Of a stretch of DNA of 64,000 nucleotides, positions 54,329-64,000 are shown in pieces. Below the pieces are notes generated by a model. The model did not search any database. It was not told where the DNA came from and saw nothing but the letters and a program-made list of their open reading frames with translations. The DNA lies in IMG/VR virus record IMGVR_UViG_3300007734_000760, positions 64,001 through 128,000 of that record. One strand, 5' to 3'. The first letter of the stretch is position 1, and every line of letters starts with the position of its first letter. The DNA comes from a virus. The translations under genes and the position numbers were made by a program.

Positions 54329-55278
54329 ATTGTTTTTAATTTATTCTCAATTAAGTTTGAGAAGGTTAGTGGTAATGTTTTTTGAATAAGATTAGTAAAT
54401 TTTTCAAATCCCATATCAGAAGGATCTTTTTCATTTATGTCTACTAAATAAACTTCTTTACCCTCATTCATTAGTGTTTCACAAAAGTTTAAAGCTTGTT
54501 TAATAGCATCCTTGTCTAAAGCTATGTATATTTTTTCAACTGATGAGTTAATGATTTTTTTCATTAATTCAGGTTGAATGTTTTTACCTAATAAAGGAAT
54601 AGCATTACGTTTAATAGCTATAGCATCAAATATACCTTCACATAAAACAAGAGGTACATTCCAATTTATAAATAATTCTAATCCAATTATGTCTCTTGAC
54701 ACATCTGGATTTTTATATTTTATTTTAGAATTTTTATTAAAACTGCGTGATGTAAAGTAATTTAAATTACCGTTTGAATCATATGATGGTAATATAATCA
54801 TATTAGAATAAACGCCAAATTCACAGTATCCTATATTATATTTAAGTATATCGATTTTATTAATACCTCGTTTATTTAAATAATGTATGGCTTGTTTAGC
54901 GGTAAGATTACTTGGTGGATTTAATAAAGATATAAATTCTATAGGTAAAGATACTCTTTTAAGTGTTGTTTCTTGGCGATTATCTTTAGGTGATGATTTA
55001 ATTAAAAATCTTAATTCATTTACTTTATCTGAATCAGCCTCTATTTTTTTAAATAATGTAGTTAGTTTTTTACCTCTAAATTGATCACAAACCCAACAAT
55101 GGTATGATTGAAAGTTAGAAGAAATCTCATCTAAATTAATTTCTAATTTTAGTTTAGTAGGATGACATCCTTTAGGACAAAAAAATGCTCTGTTACCTTT
55201 AGAAGTAGATTTAGATTTTCCTAATACCGATTCTAATAAATAAATTAGAGCACTATTTGTGTTTCCATTTATAACCAT
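54325..55278 (-). CDS. DNA primase (Zn finger + TOPRIM)
   Basis: CPKGC...HCWVC; VLCEG.FDA; LDKDA; KDP motifs. Confidence 0.88.
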   Translation of the reverse strand: MVINGNTNSALIYLLESVLGKSKSTSKGNRAFFCPKGCHPTKLKLEINLDEISSNFQSYHCWVCDQFRGKKLTTLFKKIEADSDKVNELRFLIKSSPKDNRQETTLKRVSLPIEFISLLNPPSNLTAKQAIHYLNKRGINKIDILKYNIGYCEFGVYSNMIILPSYDSNGNLNYFTSRSFNKNSKIKYKNPDVSRDIIGLELFINWNVPLVLCEGIFDAIAIKRNAIPLLGKNIQPELMKKIINSSVEKIYIALDKDAIKQALNFCETLMNEGKEVYLVDINEKDPSDMGFEKFTNLIQKTLPLTFSNLIENKLKTI

Positions 55279-55888
55279 AAGCTGTTTTTTGTTTTTTTAA
55301 GCAACAATCTGCTATGTTTCTACTAGTTCTTTTTTTATCCGTTCTGGTATTCTCTTCAGCTTCAGAAGCAGTAATCCATTCTTTTATAAAATTTTCTTGT
55401 AAATCATATTGTAAAACAGGTTTACCTTTAGTATTTTTAGTATTCTCAGAAATTTTTCTTTTCCAATTTTCAGAAATTTTTCTTCCTATTAATGATTTAC
55501 TTATGTTTGTTTTCCAATTTTTAGTTAATATTCTTTCACTTTTATGGATTTCAGAAATTAATTTTTTAGTATTTTCTTTCATCGGTTTAGATAAACCTGT
55601 ATGTGTTTTACTTATTAATTTTTTAGTTTTAATACTGTGATGTGTAACACCCCCACCCCCACTATTTTTATTTTCTAATTTAAAATTCCAACTTTTAAAT
55701 AAACTTATATAATGTTTTTCCCAAAATTTCCAATCTTTAGTTAAAACTATATCTAATAAAACTATATTTACTCCGTTTTGAAATTTATGATGATTAGATA
55801 ATCTTTGTCTTAAAGAACATGATGTTTTTCCTATATAAAACGGAATATTATCTTTTTCTAAAAAATATATTTTAGTTAAAACATCCAT
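55253..55888 (-). mobile_element. GIY-YIG/NUMOD homing endonuclease gene
   Basis: KIYFL...FYIGKT.....R; NUMOD3-like K..IS repeats; LQYDLQENFIKEW...AYGYKW. Confidence 0.8.
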
Positions 55889-55892
55889 ATAA

Positions 55893-55923
55893 TTAATATA
55901 AATAAAAATTTTAAATAAGCCTA
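55893..55923 (-). promoter_or_regulatory. Host-type promoter
   Basis: TAGG-N19-TATATTAA. Confidence 0.5.
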
Positions 55924-55924
55924 A

Positions 55925-56359
55925 TTAAAAATCTCTTCTATGAAATTTTGCTAGAATATTATCGTTATAACTGTCAATGAACAATACATCTTCTTTAACT
56001 TGATGCATTACCTCATAATATGTTAATTGTTTTTTTGTTTTGCAGATTGTTAAGATTTCTCTTTTAAATTTATCTTCACCTAATGATTTAACATCGTTTA
56101 AAAGAGGTTTACAACTACCCCAATATGTTAACCAATTTGATTCAGATATAATTAATTTTGTAGATGGTGTTCTACCACGTTGTGTTGGTAAAGCAGCAAT
56201 TTCTTTTTTACCTAGTTTTTTATTAATTTTTGATAAAAGTTGTTTTTTACCTATATATGATTTACCATTTACTAAATTAGTAATTCGATAAACATATCCA
56301 AATGTGCCTTCAGGGAAATCTTCTGTTTTTTCTATAACTTTATTTTCGTATAACCACAT
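55925..56359 (-). CDS. Single-domain GIY-YIG nuclease
   Basis: GYVYRITN..NGKSYIGKK, YWGS, F.REIL and YN.NI motifs. Confidence 0.75.
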   Translation of the reverse strand: MWLYENKVIEKTEDFPEGTFGYVYRITNLVNGKSYIGKKQLLSKINKKLGKKEIAALPTQRGRTPSTKLIISESNWLTYWGSCKPLLNDVKSLGEDKFKREILTICKTKKQLTYYEVMHQVKEDVLFIDSYNDNILAKFHRRDF

Positions 56360-56364
56360 TTTAT

Positions 56365-56706
56365 TTATTTATTTTTAATTAACAACTCACCTAACACTTC
56401 TAATCTACCCATTTCAGTTTGAAATTCATTTTGAGTCATATTTAATGATATGCTTTTTAAAGTTTTATCAAATTCTTTTTTAGCATCATCTAGATTTAAT
56501 TTACCAGCTGCTGCTTTTTTATAATATGGTAATTTAACTTTATAGTGTTTATAAGTTAATAAAGATAAACCGCCTGCTTTTTGAGTGGTATCAGCTATTT
56601 TTTCAGCACCTTTACCTCGAGTTTCTGCAAACTCTTCAAGTGCTTTTTCTGTAGGGATATTCTTTTCTTTAAGAGCCTCACTTAATATGTTAATCAGTTT
56701 TATCAT
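56365..56706 (-). CDS. Putative internal-head protein
   Basis: MIKLINILSE leader. Confidence 0.55.
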   Translation of the reverse strand: MIKLINILSEALKEKNIPTEKALEEFAETRGKGAEKIADTTQKAGGLSLLTYKHYKVKLPYYKKAAAGKLNLDDAKKEFDKTLKSISLNMTQNEFQTEMGRLEVLGELLIKNK

Positions 56707-57605
56707 TATCTATCTAAATTAATTATAATATTCATATCTGTAGTGTGTGATGAAAGTAGTGGCTTAGCTAATTTAGCTACAGCTAATAACTCTTGATTAT
56801 CATTATATAAACCTACTGTTGTAACATATGGTGCAAAAAATGATCCAGTAGTATAATCATATACTGTACTGCCTGATAGTAATGATAAATTATAACTTAA
56901 ATTAAATTCATTTTCACGTATGTTACATTTATATTGAGTTTCATATATAGTATATGTACTAGCAAAAGACATAGTAACTGTAGATTGATTTATGAATCCA
57001 TTTATAAGAGAACTACTATAAGTAGAATTAGTTAAAACTATAACCCCATGAGAATAAATAATATCTCCTACATTAATGTTAATTGAACTAGATGTGTATA
57101 TTATATTACCTTCTCCATCATCTGAAATACTGCCGCTTAATGAGGTCATATTAAAACTTAAAGGACGAATTTGTTCTCCAAACAGTGTTGTAGGAATAGA
57201 TATTACTCCTATTTGATTATTTGAACCTGTAGGAATATATCTTGATGAAGTTAAGGTTGATTGTAAATAATTTTCATAACTTGGTTGTTGATTATTTGCT
57301 TGAATTAAAATTCCATTAACATCTATTGTTAATGTTGCTTCACTACCTAAACTAGAAGATAAATAATTAGAATAATATAATTCTTTAATTGAGTTATATA
57401 TTAGTCTTTGATATGAACCACTATTTATAAATCCAGTTGTCGGATCAGTTACTAAACTAAATAGTCCAGTAATGTTTGTACCTGTAAATCTATCAATACC
57501 AGCATATGAAGTTGTAAATTCACTACCACTAAAAGTAAAATTTTTATTTACTCCAAAGGGTGTGACAATTAAGTCAGATGATAAAAATTGTTTGAATACA
57601 CTCAT
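56706..57605 (-). CDS. Baseplate wedge / fibre-attachment protein
   Basis: C-terminal TTVGLYND..ELLAVAKL.KP; paralog of the next gene. Confidence 0.6.
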   Translation of the reverse strand: MSVFKQFLSSDLIVTPFGVNKNFTFSGSEFTTSYAGIDRFTGTNITGLFSLVTDPTTGFINSGSYQRLIYNSIKELYYSNYLSSSLGSEATLTIDVNGILIQANNQQPSYENYLQSTLTSSRYIPTGSNNQIGVISIPTTLFGEQIRPLSFNMTSLSGSISDDGEGNIIYTSSSININVGDIIYSHGVIVLTNSTYSSSLINGFINQSTVTMSFASTYTIYETQYKCNIRENEFNLSYNLSLLSGSTVYDYTTGSFFAPYVTTVGLYNDNQELLAVAKLAKPLLSSHTTDMNIIINLDR

Positions 57606-57616
57606 TCATTATTAAC

Positions 57617-58639
57617 TTAGAAATCTAATTTAACTCTTAAAAGCATTTCTTTAGTAAAATCTTTTTTAAGTGGTTTTGACAATTTAGCTACAGCTAATAA
57701 TTCATTATTATCGTTATATAATCCTACAGTAGTAATAAATGTTTGAGGATTATTTATAAAACTGTCGTATAATACAGATCCATTACTTCCAGATATAAAA
57801 CTTGGATTTTCTGAATAATTAAATTCTGAGTTACGAGCACGAATAAAAACAAAATCTGATGTTAAAGTTTCTTGAGAATTTAAAGAAAAAGAAGCTCCAC
57901 TTTGAATAGCAGTAAGTAACTTTCTATTATTTAATCCTGGAGAGTTAAAACTTTGACTTACAGATAAAACTATGCCTCCACCTGCTACTGTTGTTGCTAA
58001 AGCAGATGAATTTAATATTAATGTACTAATATCTGGTAAAAAATATCCGTATGAACCTGAATTAAAACTAAAACCGTTAGCATTTAATGCTGAGTATTTT
58101 ATACCTCCAGCTGAACCACTTATTAAGTTATATACTCTACCTGAATCTGTGAATACATTAGTAGAAGTATATTGAGAATCATCAATTAATAATATTGAAT
58201 TAGATCCAGATGTTAATCTTAATCTTAGTGAACCTGGAAATAAACTTTCTTTATATCTATTTCTTTCTAAACTAATAACATGAAAATTTGACTGAGTAAC
58301 ATTACCAAATACAAAATTAGCATTTTCGTCTCCTAAAGTTAAACTTCTATATTGACCATATATTGTTCTAGATGGGGAAGAGCCAGACACTGCACTATCA
58401 TAAAAATAACTTCCGCTTCCTGCTTTATCTCCATAAGCTATGTCAAACTGTATTTCAGCGTTTGAAAGAAGTGATTCAGTATTATATACATTTAAATAAT
58501 ACGCTCCTGCTTCTGTTTGTTCTTGTATTGCAGATGTATAAAATGTAGTTAAGGTTGGAATGTATCCAGTCCATAATGTAGAAGTAATACTATCTGATGA
58601 TAGTAATAAATCTTCGGGGTCTAATCTTTTAAATGACAT
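57617..58639 (-). CDS. Baseplate wedge / fibre-attachment protein
   Basis: EFNYS.NP and ITTVGLYND..ELLAVAKLSKP motifs. Confidence 0.6.
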   Translation of the reverse strand: MSFKRLDPEDLLLSSDSITSTLWTGYIPTLTTFYTSAIQEQTEAGAYYLNVYNTESLLSNAEIQFDIAYGDKAGSGSYFYDSAVSGSSPSRTIYGQYRSLTLGDENANFVFGNVTQSNFHVISLERNRYKESLFPGSLRLRLTSGSNSILLIDDSQYTSTNVFTDSGRVYNLISGSAGGIKYSALNANGFSFNSGSYGYFLPDISTLILNSSALATTVAGGGIVLSVSQSFNSPGLNNRKLLTAIQSGASFSLNSQETLTSDFVFIRARNSEFNYSENPSFISGSNGSVLYDSFINNPQTFITTVGLYNDNNELLAVAKLSKPLKKDFTKEMLLRVKLDF

Positions 58640-58662
58640 TTTTTATATTTTAGTTTTTAATT

Positions 58663-59331
58663 TTAAACTTTTGTAACAGTGATAGGTATTACTAATCTAG
58701 CACCACTGTCTCTTCCTACTACTATTAAAGAAGCAAATATTTTAGCACCTACTCCAGCTCCGTTTCCAAATAAAGTATTAATTGAAGTTGCTGTTAAGTT
58801 AATTGTAGTACCTACTACTGTTTTAGAAACATTAGTTCCAAGTGTAGTAGTTTGATTATTTAATGATTGAGCGGAAGTTGTATTAACTCCTGTTGCAGAA
58901 AAATTACTTAATAATCTAATATCTGAAACTGTTGCAGTGTATCCTGAGGCTTCATTTGTTGTGTTGTTACCTAAATAATTTAAAGTTTGAGGAGTTATAG
59001 CTAATGAAGCTCCTTGCTTTAAAGTAATCGCTGCATAACCTAAATCTAAAATAGGTAGCTTTGATGTTCCACGAGGTAATGTAGCTAATTTATACTTCAT
59101 TACTTGATTTTCATCTGGGAAAGCTTCTAGTAAAGGCATATTATCAATTGCTTGACCATAATAAGCTGAGCCAGATGGATGATTTGGATTATACATTGTG
59201 TAATCAATTTCATCATCTGCTAAAGCAAATTGAGTAATTTTAAATGAACCGTCGCCTTTAGCTAATAATTCACGACCTTTTTTTGTTAATATTGCGTCAA
59301 TAGTTATGACAGAGTTATTTAAGTATCCCAT
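58663..59331 (-). CDS. Baseplate protein
   Basis: DAILTKKGRELLA.G...ITQFALADDEIDY. Confidence 0.6.
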   Translation of the reverse strand: MGYLNNSVITIDAILTKKGRELLAKGDGSFKITQFALADDEIDYTMYNPNHPSGSAYYGQAIDNMPLLEAFPDENQVMKYKLATLPRGTSKLPILDLGYAAITLKQGASLAITPQTLNYLGNNTTNEASGYTATVSDIRLLSNFSATGVNTTSAQSLNNQTTTLGTNVSKTVVGTTINLTATSINTLFGNGAGVGAKIFASLIVVGRDSGARLVIPITVTKV

Positions 59332-59348
59332 TTTATGTTAATTTTTAT

Positions 59349-59356
59349 TATAAATA
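59349..59356 (-). promoter_or_regulatory. Putative late promoter TATTTATA
   Basis: Upstream of baseplate gene 59331. Confidence 0.6.
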
Positions 59357-59358
59357 TA

Positions 59359-62300
59359 TTAAGTTTTAGGTCTATTTCCAAAGTTTTGAGTTATATAATC
59401 TAAGTTATTTTGAATAAATGGTAAAACTGTTGGGGTTGTGAAATTACCTTGTGAGTTTATATTTTGAGGAATTTTATCTATAAGTACACCTCCTCCATTT
59501 TTATTATCTTTCCATAATAAAGCTGATATAAGAGGATATTGATCAGAACCAATATACACTGTTGAATCAAATTTACCATTAGCTGTAGGGACAACACAGT
59601 ATAAACTTAAATTATTAGATTGTATACTAGAACTTATAATTTTAAAAACTGAACGATTTCCAGTTACAGAATTAACAGTAGTAGAAGCAGAAATAATTTG
59701 ACTATTTATTATTGTTGTTAGAGTAGTAGATGGAGATATTGATATTGGGTATGTAAAAGAACCAGTGTATAAAGTTAAATACCATGATTCCCCACTTAAT
59801 ATAGATTCACTTATATCTGTTGCAAACTGAATAGTTGGGCTTATAGTACCTAATATATATGAATTATTTTGAGTAGTTATATTAGCTACACTACCTATTG
59901 TAGATACTTTAATCACATTTGAACCTGACTCTATAATAAGAGGTGACACAGATTTATCTCCGTTGTTAAATGGAATAGTTGGAGACCACACATTATAACT
60001 AGTTGGAGATGCAAAACCTTTAGCTTTTAAAGTAAAAGGTAAATTATTAAAAGAAGCATTATAGTATGACGCTTTTAATAAATCATTATTTTTAATTTTT
60101 TCTTTAATAAAAGTAAAAACAGGATTTGACGATGCTATAGTCACAGCACTAGATGTAGTATCAGTATTAATTATTTGATTAACATTAATTTTACTAAGAA
60201 AAGGTAATTCATATGGAGTATTTATTGAACTAAATTCATAAATTAAAGTATCATAATTATCTGCTACACTTTGATTTTTTGAAGGATATAAATAAAGTCC
60301 TCCACTAGTTTTTGTTTGTAATTTATTTACTTGTACTATTGATGAAGTATTAAAATTGTCAGATGAGTTTCTACTTCCATTGTACCTTGGATAAATATGT
60401 CTTTTCGCTTGATAATAAAAATCTTTAACATCAGCTTTTTTAGCTGATCCTGAAAGAAGCTGTTTAAAATATTCACTATTAATTGTGTTGTAACTATTAT
60501 ATTCTACTTTTTGATAGTTTTTACTTGCTTCCATTTTATCTATGCTGCCGTATAAAACATCATAGTTTGTACCTTCAAAAGGTTGAGGAAGAAATGGTGA
60601 TAAAAGTATTGAATTAGAATTAGGAGCTTGTGAGGCGCTTAAAGGATTAATAGTTAAAACAGCTAGTGATGCTGAAATAGGTACTACATTAGCGTTAGGG
60701 CAGCCTATTAAAACAAAATAACTGTCTCCATATTTTGGATTAGTATCAATAACTTTAACATTAAAACTACCAGTTTGATAATCAAATGCGAGAGGTGCAA
60801 ACTCTTGAATTGTACTTACTAATTCAGCATTAGGCTGATTTTGTAAACCGTTGCCGCCTCCTCCTGTTATAACATCAAATGAAAGAGCACTTTTACCAGC
60901 AGTGACATAATTATATTTCCATATAGAAACTGTCCCAGTCCATTTATTAGGACTGCTTATATTATTAGTGGTAAGCAAACCGCTTGCTGTAATAGCTATA
61001 GGTATGTTTATATAGTCTTTTATTGTATATATACTAGCTGTGACATTAATAGCTGGGTTATTAGGATTATCAAAAGATCCAGTATAATATCCTCTTGGGT
61101 CAACTTGAGCCGCAGAACTACTAAGTGTAAATATAATAGGTGCTGAGTCTCCAACAGTAGTACCTGTACCACCAGTAAAAGGAGTAAAATTTGTACCTTT
61201 AATATTTCCAGATGCTGATAAGTTATAGTCTAAAATATTATTATCTAGACTATAGTTTGTTAGATTTTTTTTAATTGTAAGTACAAAATAATTTATAAAT
61301 TCGTTTTTATAAATTACATCATATGTTATTACTTGAGCGTTTGTATAAAAAACCTTTAATGTTTGTAAATATCTTAAACTAAGTGTATTATTTACTCCGT
61401 TTTTATCTTGTTTACTAATTAATATTTTGCTGTACTCGTTTGTAGTTGATGTAATGTCTAAAGTAAAAATCATTTTACCTAAGTCAGTGGCTGTGACAAA
61501 ATATGTTCTGTAATCAAATAACGGAATGTCATAATAAAATTTTAAATCATAATCAAAAGATTTAGGCAACTCATGATCAAAAGGATTAGCAGCTGTTAAA
61601 CTTTGAGTAGATACTGTTAAAATAGATCCTTTAAATTCACCGGTAAAGAGTTCTACTAGATCTGTATGGAAAAATGTACTTAATCCTAAAGGACCATTAT
61701 TTAGTTCTGTCCATCTTTGAGCTACATTTACTGCCCCTGGATATGAATTTGTTGTAATATAACTACCAGAACGTCCATCTAAATAAGGAAACATTCCTCC
61801 TGGACCTCCAGAAAACTCATATAATATTGATCCTGAGTAGTTACTAGGAAACGATTTAAAAGAGCTTGTATAGTTTTGAGTTTGAAGCTCATGTTCTATT
61901 TGAGCAGGTGAATATCTATTTCTTTCTAATAAATGTTGTTTTATTACAACCCCAGATGCTAAATTAGTTCTAGCTGGAGTAAAATCTTTAATTAATTTAA
62001 ATAATGAATTATCAAAATATTTAATTAAACGAACATAATCAAGCGTATTATAACTACTAGAATATTTTAAAAAATAATCATCTCTAATCTTATTAAAATC
62101 AGGATAAAAAGTAGTATTTTTGTTAACTAATTGTCTAGGATCACCAATATAATCACCAATATTAAAATAACCTAATTGAGTTGAAATATCATTATTTATT
62201 TCATTTTGTGGAGAAAAAGCTACTTCTACATAATTAGTATCACGAGTATAGCTTTCACTTACTATATAGTTTTGTTGTAATGATCTATTAGTAGATAAAA

Positions 62301-63999
62301 CGTTTCCTGTTGGTAATGTATTATTTTTTATTTTTACTTTATTAGAAACAATATTTTTAATACCTGCAGGAAATTGATCTAAGTATATTATTTCTGTATT
62401 AGGTAAAAATGAATAAGAACCACTTAATGTATAAGCATTAGTTCCTAATGTTGTTGCTGGGGCTTTAGGATGAATTGAGTTTCTAGTTGAACCACTAATA
62501 TCTAATAAACTACCTAATGGAGCTCTAAATATTAATGAATTATAAGATGATTGAGAACCACTTAATTGATTTGATTCAATTGAATAAGGATTCATTACAT
62601 AATCATCAAATACGCTTTGACTTATTTGAGTACTATAAAATCTTAATTCTTGAAATGATCCTGAAAATGGAGTATATGTTTTTCCTACTATGGTTTTATT
62701 AGTAGGATATGATAAATAAAAATTACTTGCTAATGCTGAGTCAATCCAATATCCTCCTCCTAATACACTACTTGATGCTTGAAAACCTATTTTGTTTCCA
62801 TCATATCCAGAATATATTTTATTTTTAGTGTATAAACTACTAGTATTATTATTAGTAGTAACTAATACTGACCACCAATCTTTATTAAAAAAAGGTAAAT
62901 AAATACTAGCTGAGACATTATTTTTGTCTATTAATTTTAAAGTACCATACTGGTTATTTGTATCAGGAATAGAACTATCATATGAACCACTAGTATATCC
63001 ACTTCCGCTATATTCTAAAACTACGTTAAAAAATGAACCAGAAAATGAAGCTAAAGATTGACTAAAACTAGAAGTAACAGGAATGCCTGTTGATTTAAAT
63101 CTAAATTCAATTGAACTTAATGAAGAACTATTTATACCTAATGGTATACTTTTTATTAAATAACCTGAACTAGTTGTAAAAAATTCATAATTAAATTGAT
63201 TTTGAAATTGATCCCAATCATTAGTATTAATTTTATTTTTACCTCCAAATTCACTTATTCTAAGAATAGTATCAGGAATGCCATAAATATTAATCAATAA
63301 TCTTAAACCTTCTATTGTGCCTTTTTTCTTATATAATAAAGGTAAATTATGATAAATGCGTTTATAAAGTTCTGTGTTAACATCATCTAATGGAATAATA
63401 CTATTAGAAGCAGTAACATAGTTTGTAATTAATTCACTTCCTGTAGGAGGAAGTAATCCTAAATTAGAAGTAATACCTAAAAATGAAGAATATAAGTCTG
63501 TTGTAGAAAAATTATTTTGATAAATCTTAATTCCAAAATCTCTTAAAATATCAGATATTACATCTTTTGATGTGTTATAATTTATTCTATTATCTGAATT
63601 GTATTTGTTAGTTACTTCACCATAATATAGATATAAAGTATCAAAATGTTGACCTAACATTTCAATAAATAATTCGTATTGAGCGTTATTTGGATCTTCT
63701 CTTAAATATAAAGGAATGTTATTTATTAACGCATCTTTATTTTCTGAATCGTATAAAGAAGCTGAAACTAATTGAGTTATTAAAAACGCATTGCCTAATG
63801 AAGAGGTAGTAGCATAATTAATATATGGTTGTAATGTGTTAGATTTAGGCCAAGAAGTACTACCTGAATTGTAATATAAATGGTATTCGTATCCATCTAA
63901 TCCCTCTTCTATTTCTTTAATTTTATTTAAAAATACATTTTGACTAGAAGATAAATAATAATTAGAAGAACCATTTGAAGAACTTATATATTGTCTATT
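59359..63999 (-). CDS. Large baseplate wedge / structural protein, 5'-truncated by the window edge
   Basis: Frame stays open from 63660 to the window end; KKGT..GL..LI..YGI and FTPAR......G..I..HLLERN motifs. Confidence 0.7.
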   Translation of the reverse strand, partial: NRQYISSSNGSSNYYLSSSQNVFLNKIKEIEEGLDGYEYHLYYNSGSTSWPKSNTLQPYINYATTSSLGNAFLITQLVSASLYDSENKDALINNIPLYLREDPNNAQYELFIEMLGQHFDTLYLYYGEVTNKYNSDNRINYNTSKDVISDILRDFGIKIYQNNFSTTDLYSSFLGITSNLGLLPPTGSELITNYVTASNSIIPLDDVNTELYKRIYHNLPLLYKKKGTIEGLRLLINIYGIPDTILRISEFGGKNKINTNDWDQFQNQFNYEFFTTSSGYLIKSIPLGINSSSLSSIEFRFKSTGIPVTSSFSQSLASFSGSFFNVVLEYSGSGYTSGSYDSSIPDTNNQYGTLKLIDKNNVSASIYLPFFNKDWWSVLVTTNNNTSSLYTKNKIYSGYDGNKIGFQASSSVLGGGYWIDSALASNFYLSYPTNKTIVGKTYTPFSGSFQELRFYSTQISQSVFDDYVMNPYSIESNQLSGSQSSYNSLIFRAPLGSLLDISGSTRNSIHPKAPATTLGTNAYTLSGSYSFLPNTEIIYLDQFPAGIKNIVSNKVKIKNNTLPTGNVLSTNRSLQQNYIVSESYTRDTNYVEVAFSPQNEINNDISTQLGYFNIGDYIGDPRQLVNKNTTFYPDFNKIRDDYFLKYSSSYNTLDYVRLIKYFDNSLFKLIKDFTPARTNLASGVVIKQHLLERNRYSPAQIEHELQTQNYTSSFKSFPSNYSGSILYEFSGGPGGMFPYLDGRSGSYITTNSYPGAVNVAQRWTELNNGPLGLSTFFHTDLVELFTGEFKGSILTVSTQSLTAANPFDHELPKSFDYDLKFYYDIPLFDYRTYFVTATDLGKMIFTLDITSTTNEYSKILISKQDKNGVNNTLSLRYLQTLKVFYTNAQVITYDVIYKNEFINYFVLTIKKNLTNYSLDNNILDYNLSASGNIKGTNFTPFTGGTGTTVGDSAPIIFTLSSSAAQVDPRGYYTGSFDNPNNPAINVTASIYTIKDYINIPIAITASGLLTTNNISSPNKWTGTVSIWKYNYVTAGKSALSFDVITGGGGNGLQNQPNAELVSTIQEFAPLAFDYQTGSFNVKVIDTNPKYGDSYFVLIGCPNANVVPISASLAVLTINPLSASQAPNSNSILLSPFLPQPFEGTNYDVLYGSIDKMEASKNYQKVEYNSYNTINSEYFKQLLSGSAKKADVKDFYYQAKRHIYPRYNGSRNSSDNFNTSSIVQVNKLQTKTSGGLYLYPSKNQSVADNYDTLIYEFSSINTPYELPFLSKINVNQIINTDTTSSAVTIASSNPVFTFIKEKIKNNDLLKASYYNASFNNLPFTLKAKGFASPTSYNVWSPTIPFNNGDKSVSPLIIESGSNVIKVSTIGSVANITTQNNSYILGTISPTIQFATDISESILSGESWYLTLYTGSFTYPISISPSTTLTTIINSQIISASTTVNSVTGNRSVFKIISSSIQSNNLSLYCVVPTANGKFDSTVYIGSDQYPLISALLWKDNKNGGGVLIDKIPQNINSQGNFTTPTVLPFIQNNLDYITQNFGNRPKT

Positions 64000-64000
64000 A

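Noticed and set aside
409-58175. All + strand ORFs in the track and nested minus-strand ORFs (11195, 13829, 26261)
   Set aside because: They lie within long convincing minus-strand genes, lack recognisable motifs and are shadow or alternate frames.
1-64000. Stop-codon reassignment, tRNA or rRNA genes
   Set aside because: Core genes are full length in the standard code, and intergenic gaps are short with no cloverleaf seen by eye (tRNAscan not run).

Overview
A 64 kb fragment of a very AT-rich, large contractile-tailed dsDNA phage with T4-like morphogenesis genes. Essentially all real genes are on the minus strand in the standard genetic code; the + strand ORFs are antisense shadows. In transcription order (64 kb to 0): baseplate genes; a small replication block (GIY-YIG nuclease, homing endonuclease, primase, PD-(D/E)XK exonuclease); a ~27 kb accessory region dominated by putative internal-head proteins; a MoxR AAA/VWA module; spanin-like genes; terminase, portal, prohead protease, scaffold, major capsid, PhoH; fibre/decoration genes; neck, tail terminator, sheath, tube, hub-assembly pair and tape measure. 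A Bacteroidota host is inferred from TTG/TAnnTTT-like promoters, A-rich leaders without Shine-Dalgarno sites, and an Hc1-like histone gene. The most striking signal is an apparent modular capsid-cargo system. Many accessory proteins share short leader helices or a scaffold-like MQKLAG tag, and their domains are bounded by (L/I)xE sites matching T4 gp21-type protease specificity. Six cassettes in five genes begin with the same E-IKVFK(P/H) junction, and three of them are diversified Imm5-like domains inserted in unrelated host proteins. Other highlights: a duplicated, covarying pseudoknot-plus-terminator RNA; a three-way-junction leader RNA; a likely +1 frameshift (or hop) in the gp26/gp51-like pair; and an FAD oxidoreductase gene split by a homing endonuclease and a cargo gene. 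All functional calls come from motifs recognised by eye; no searches were run.
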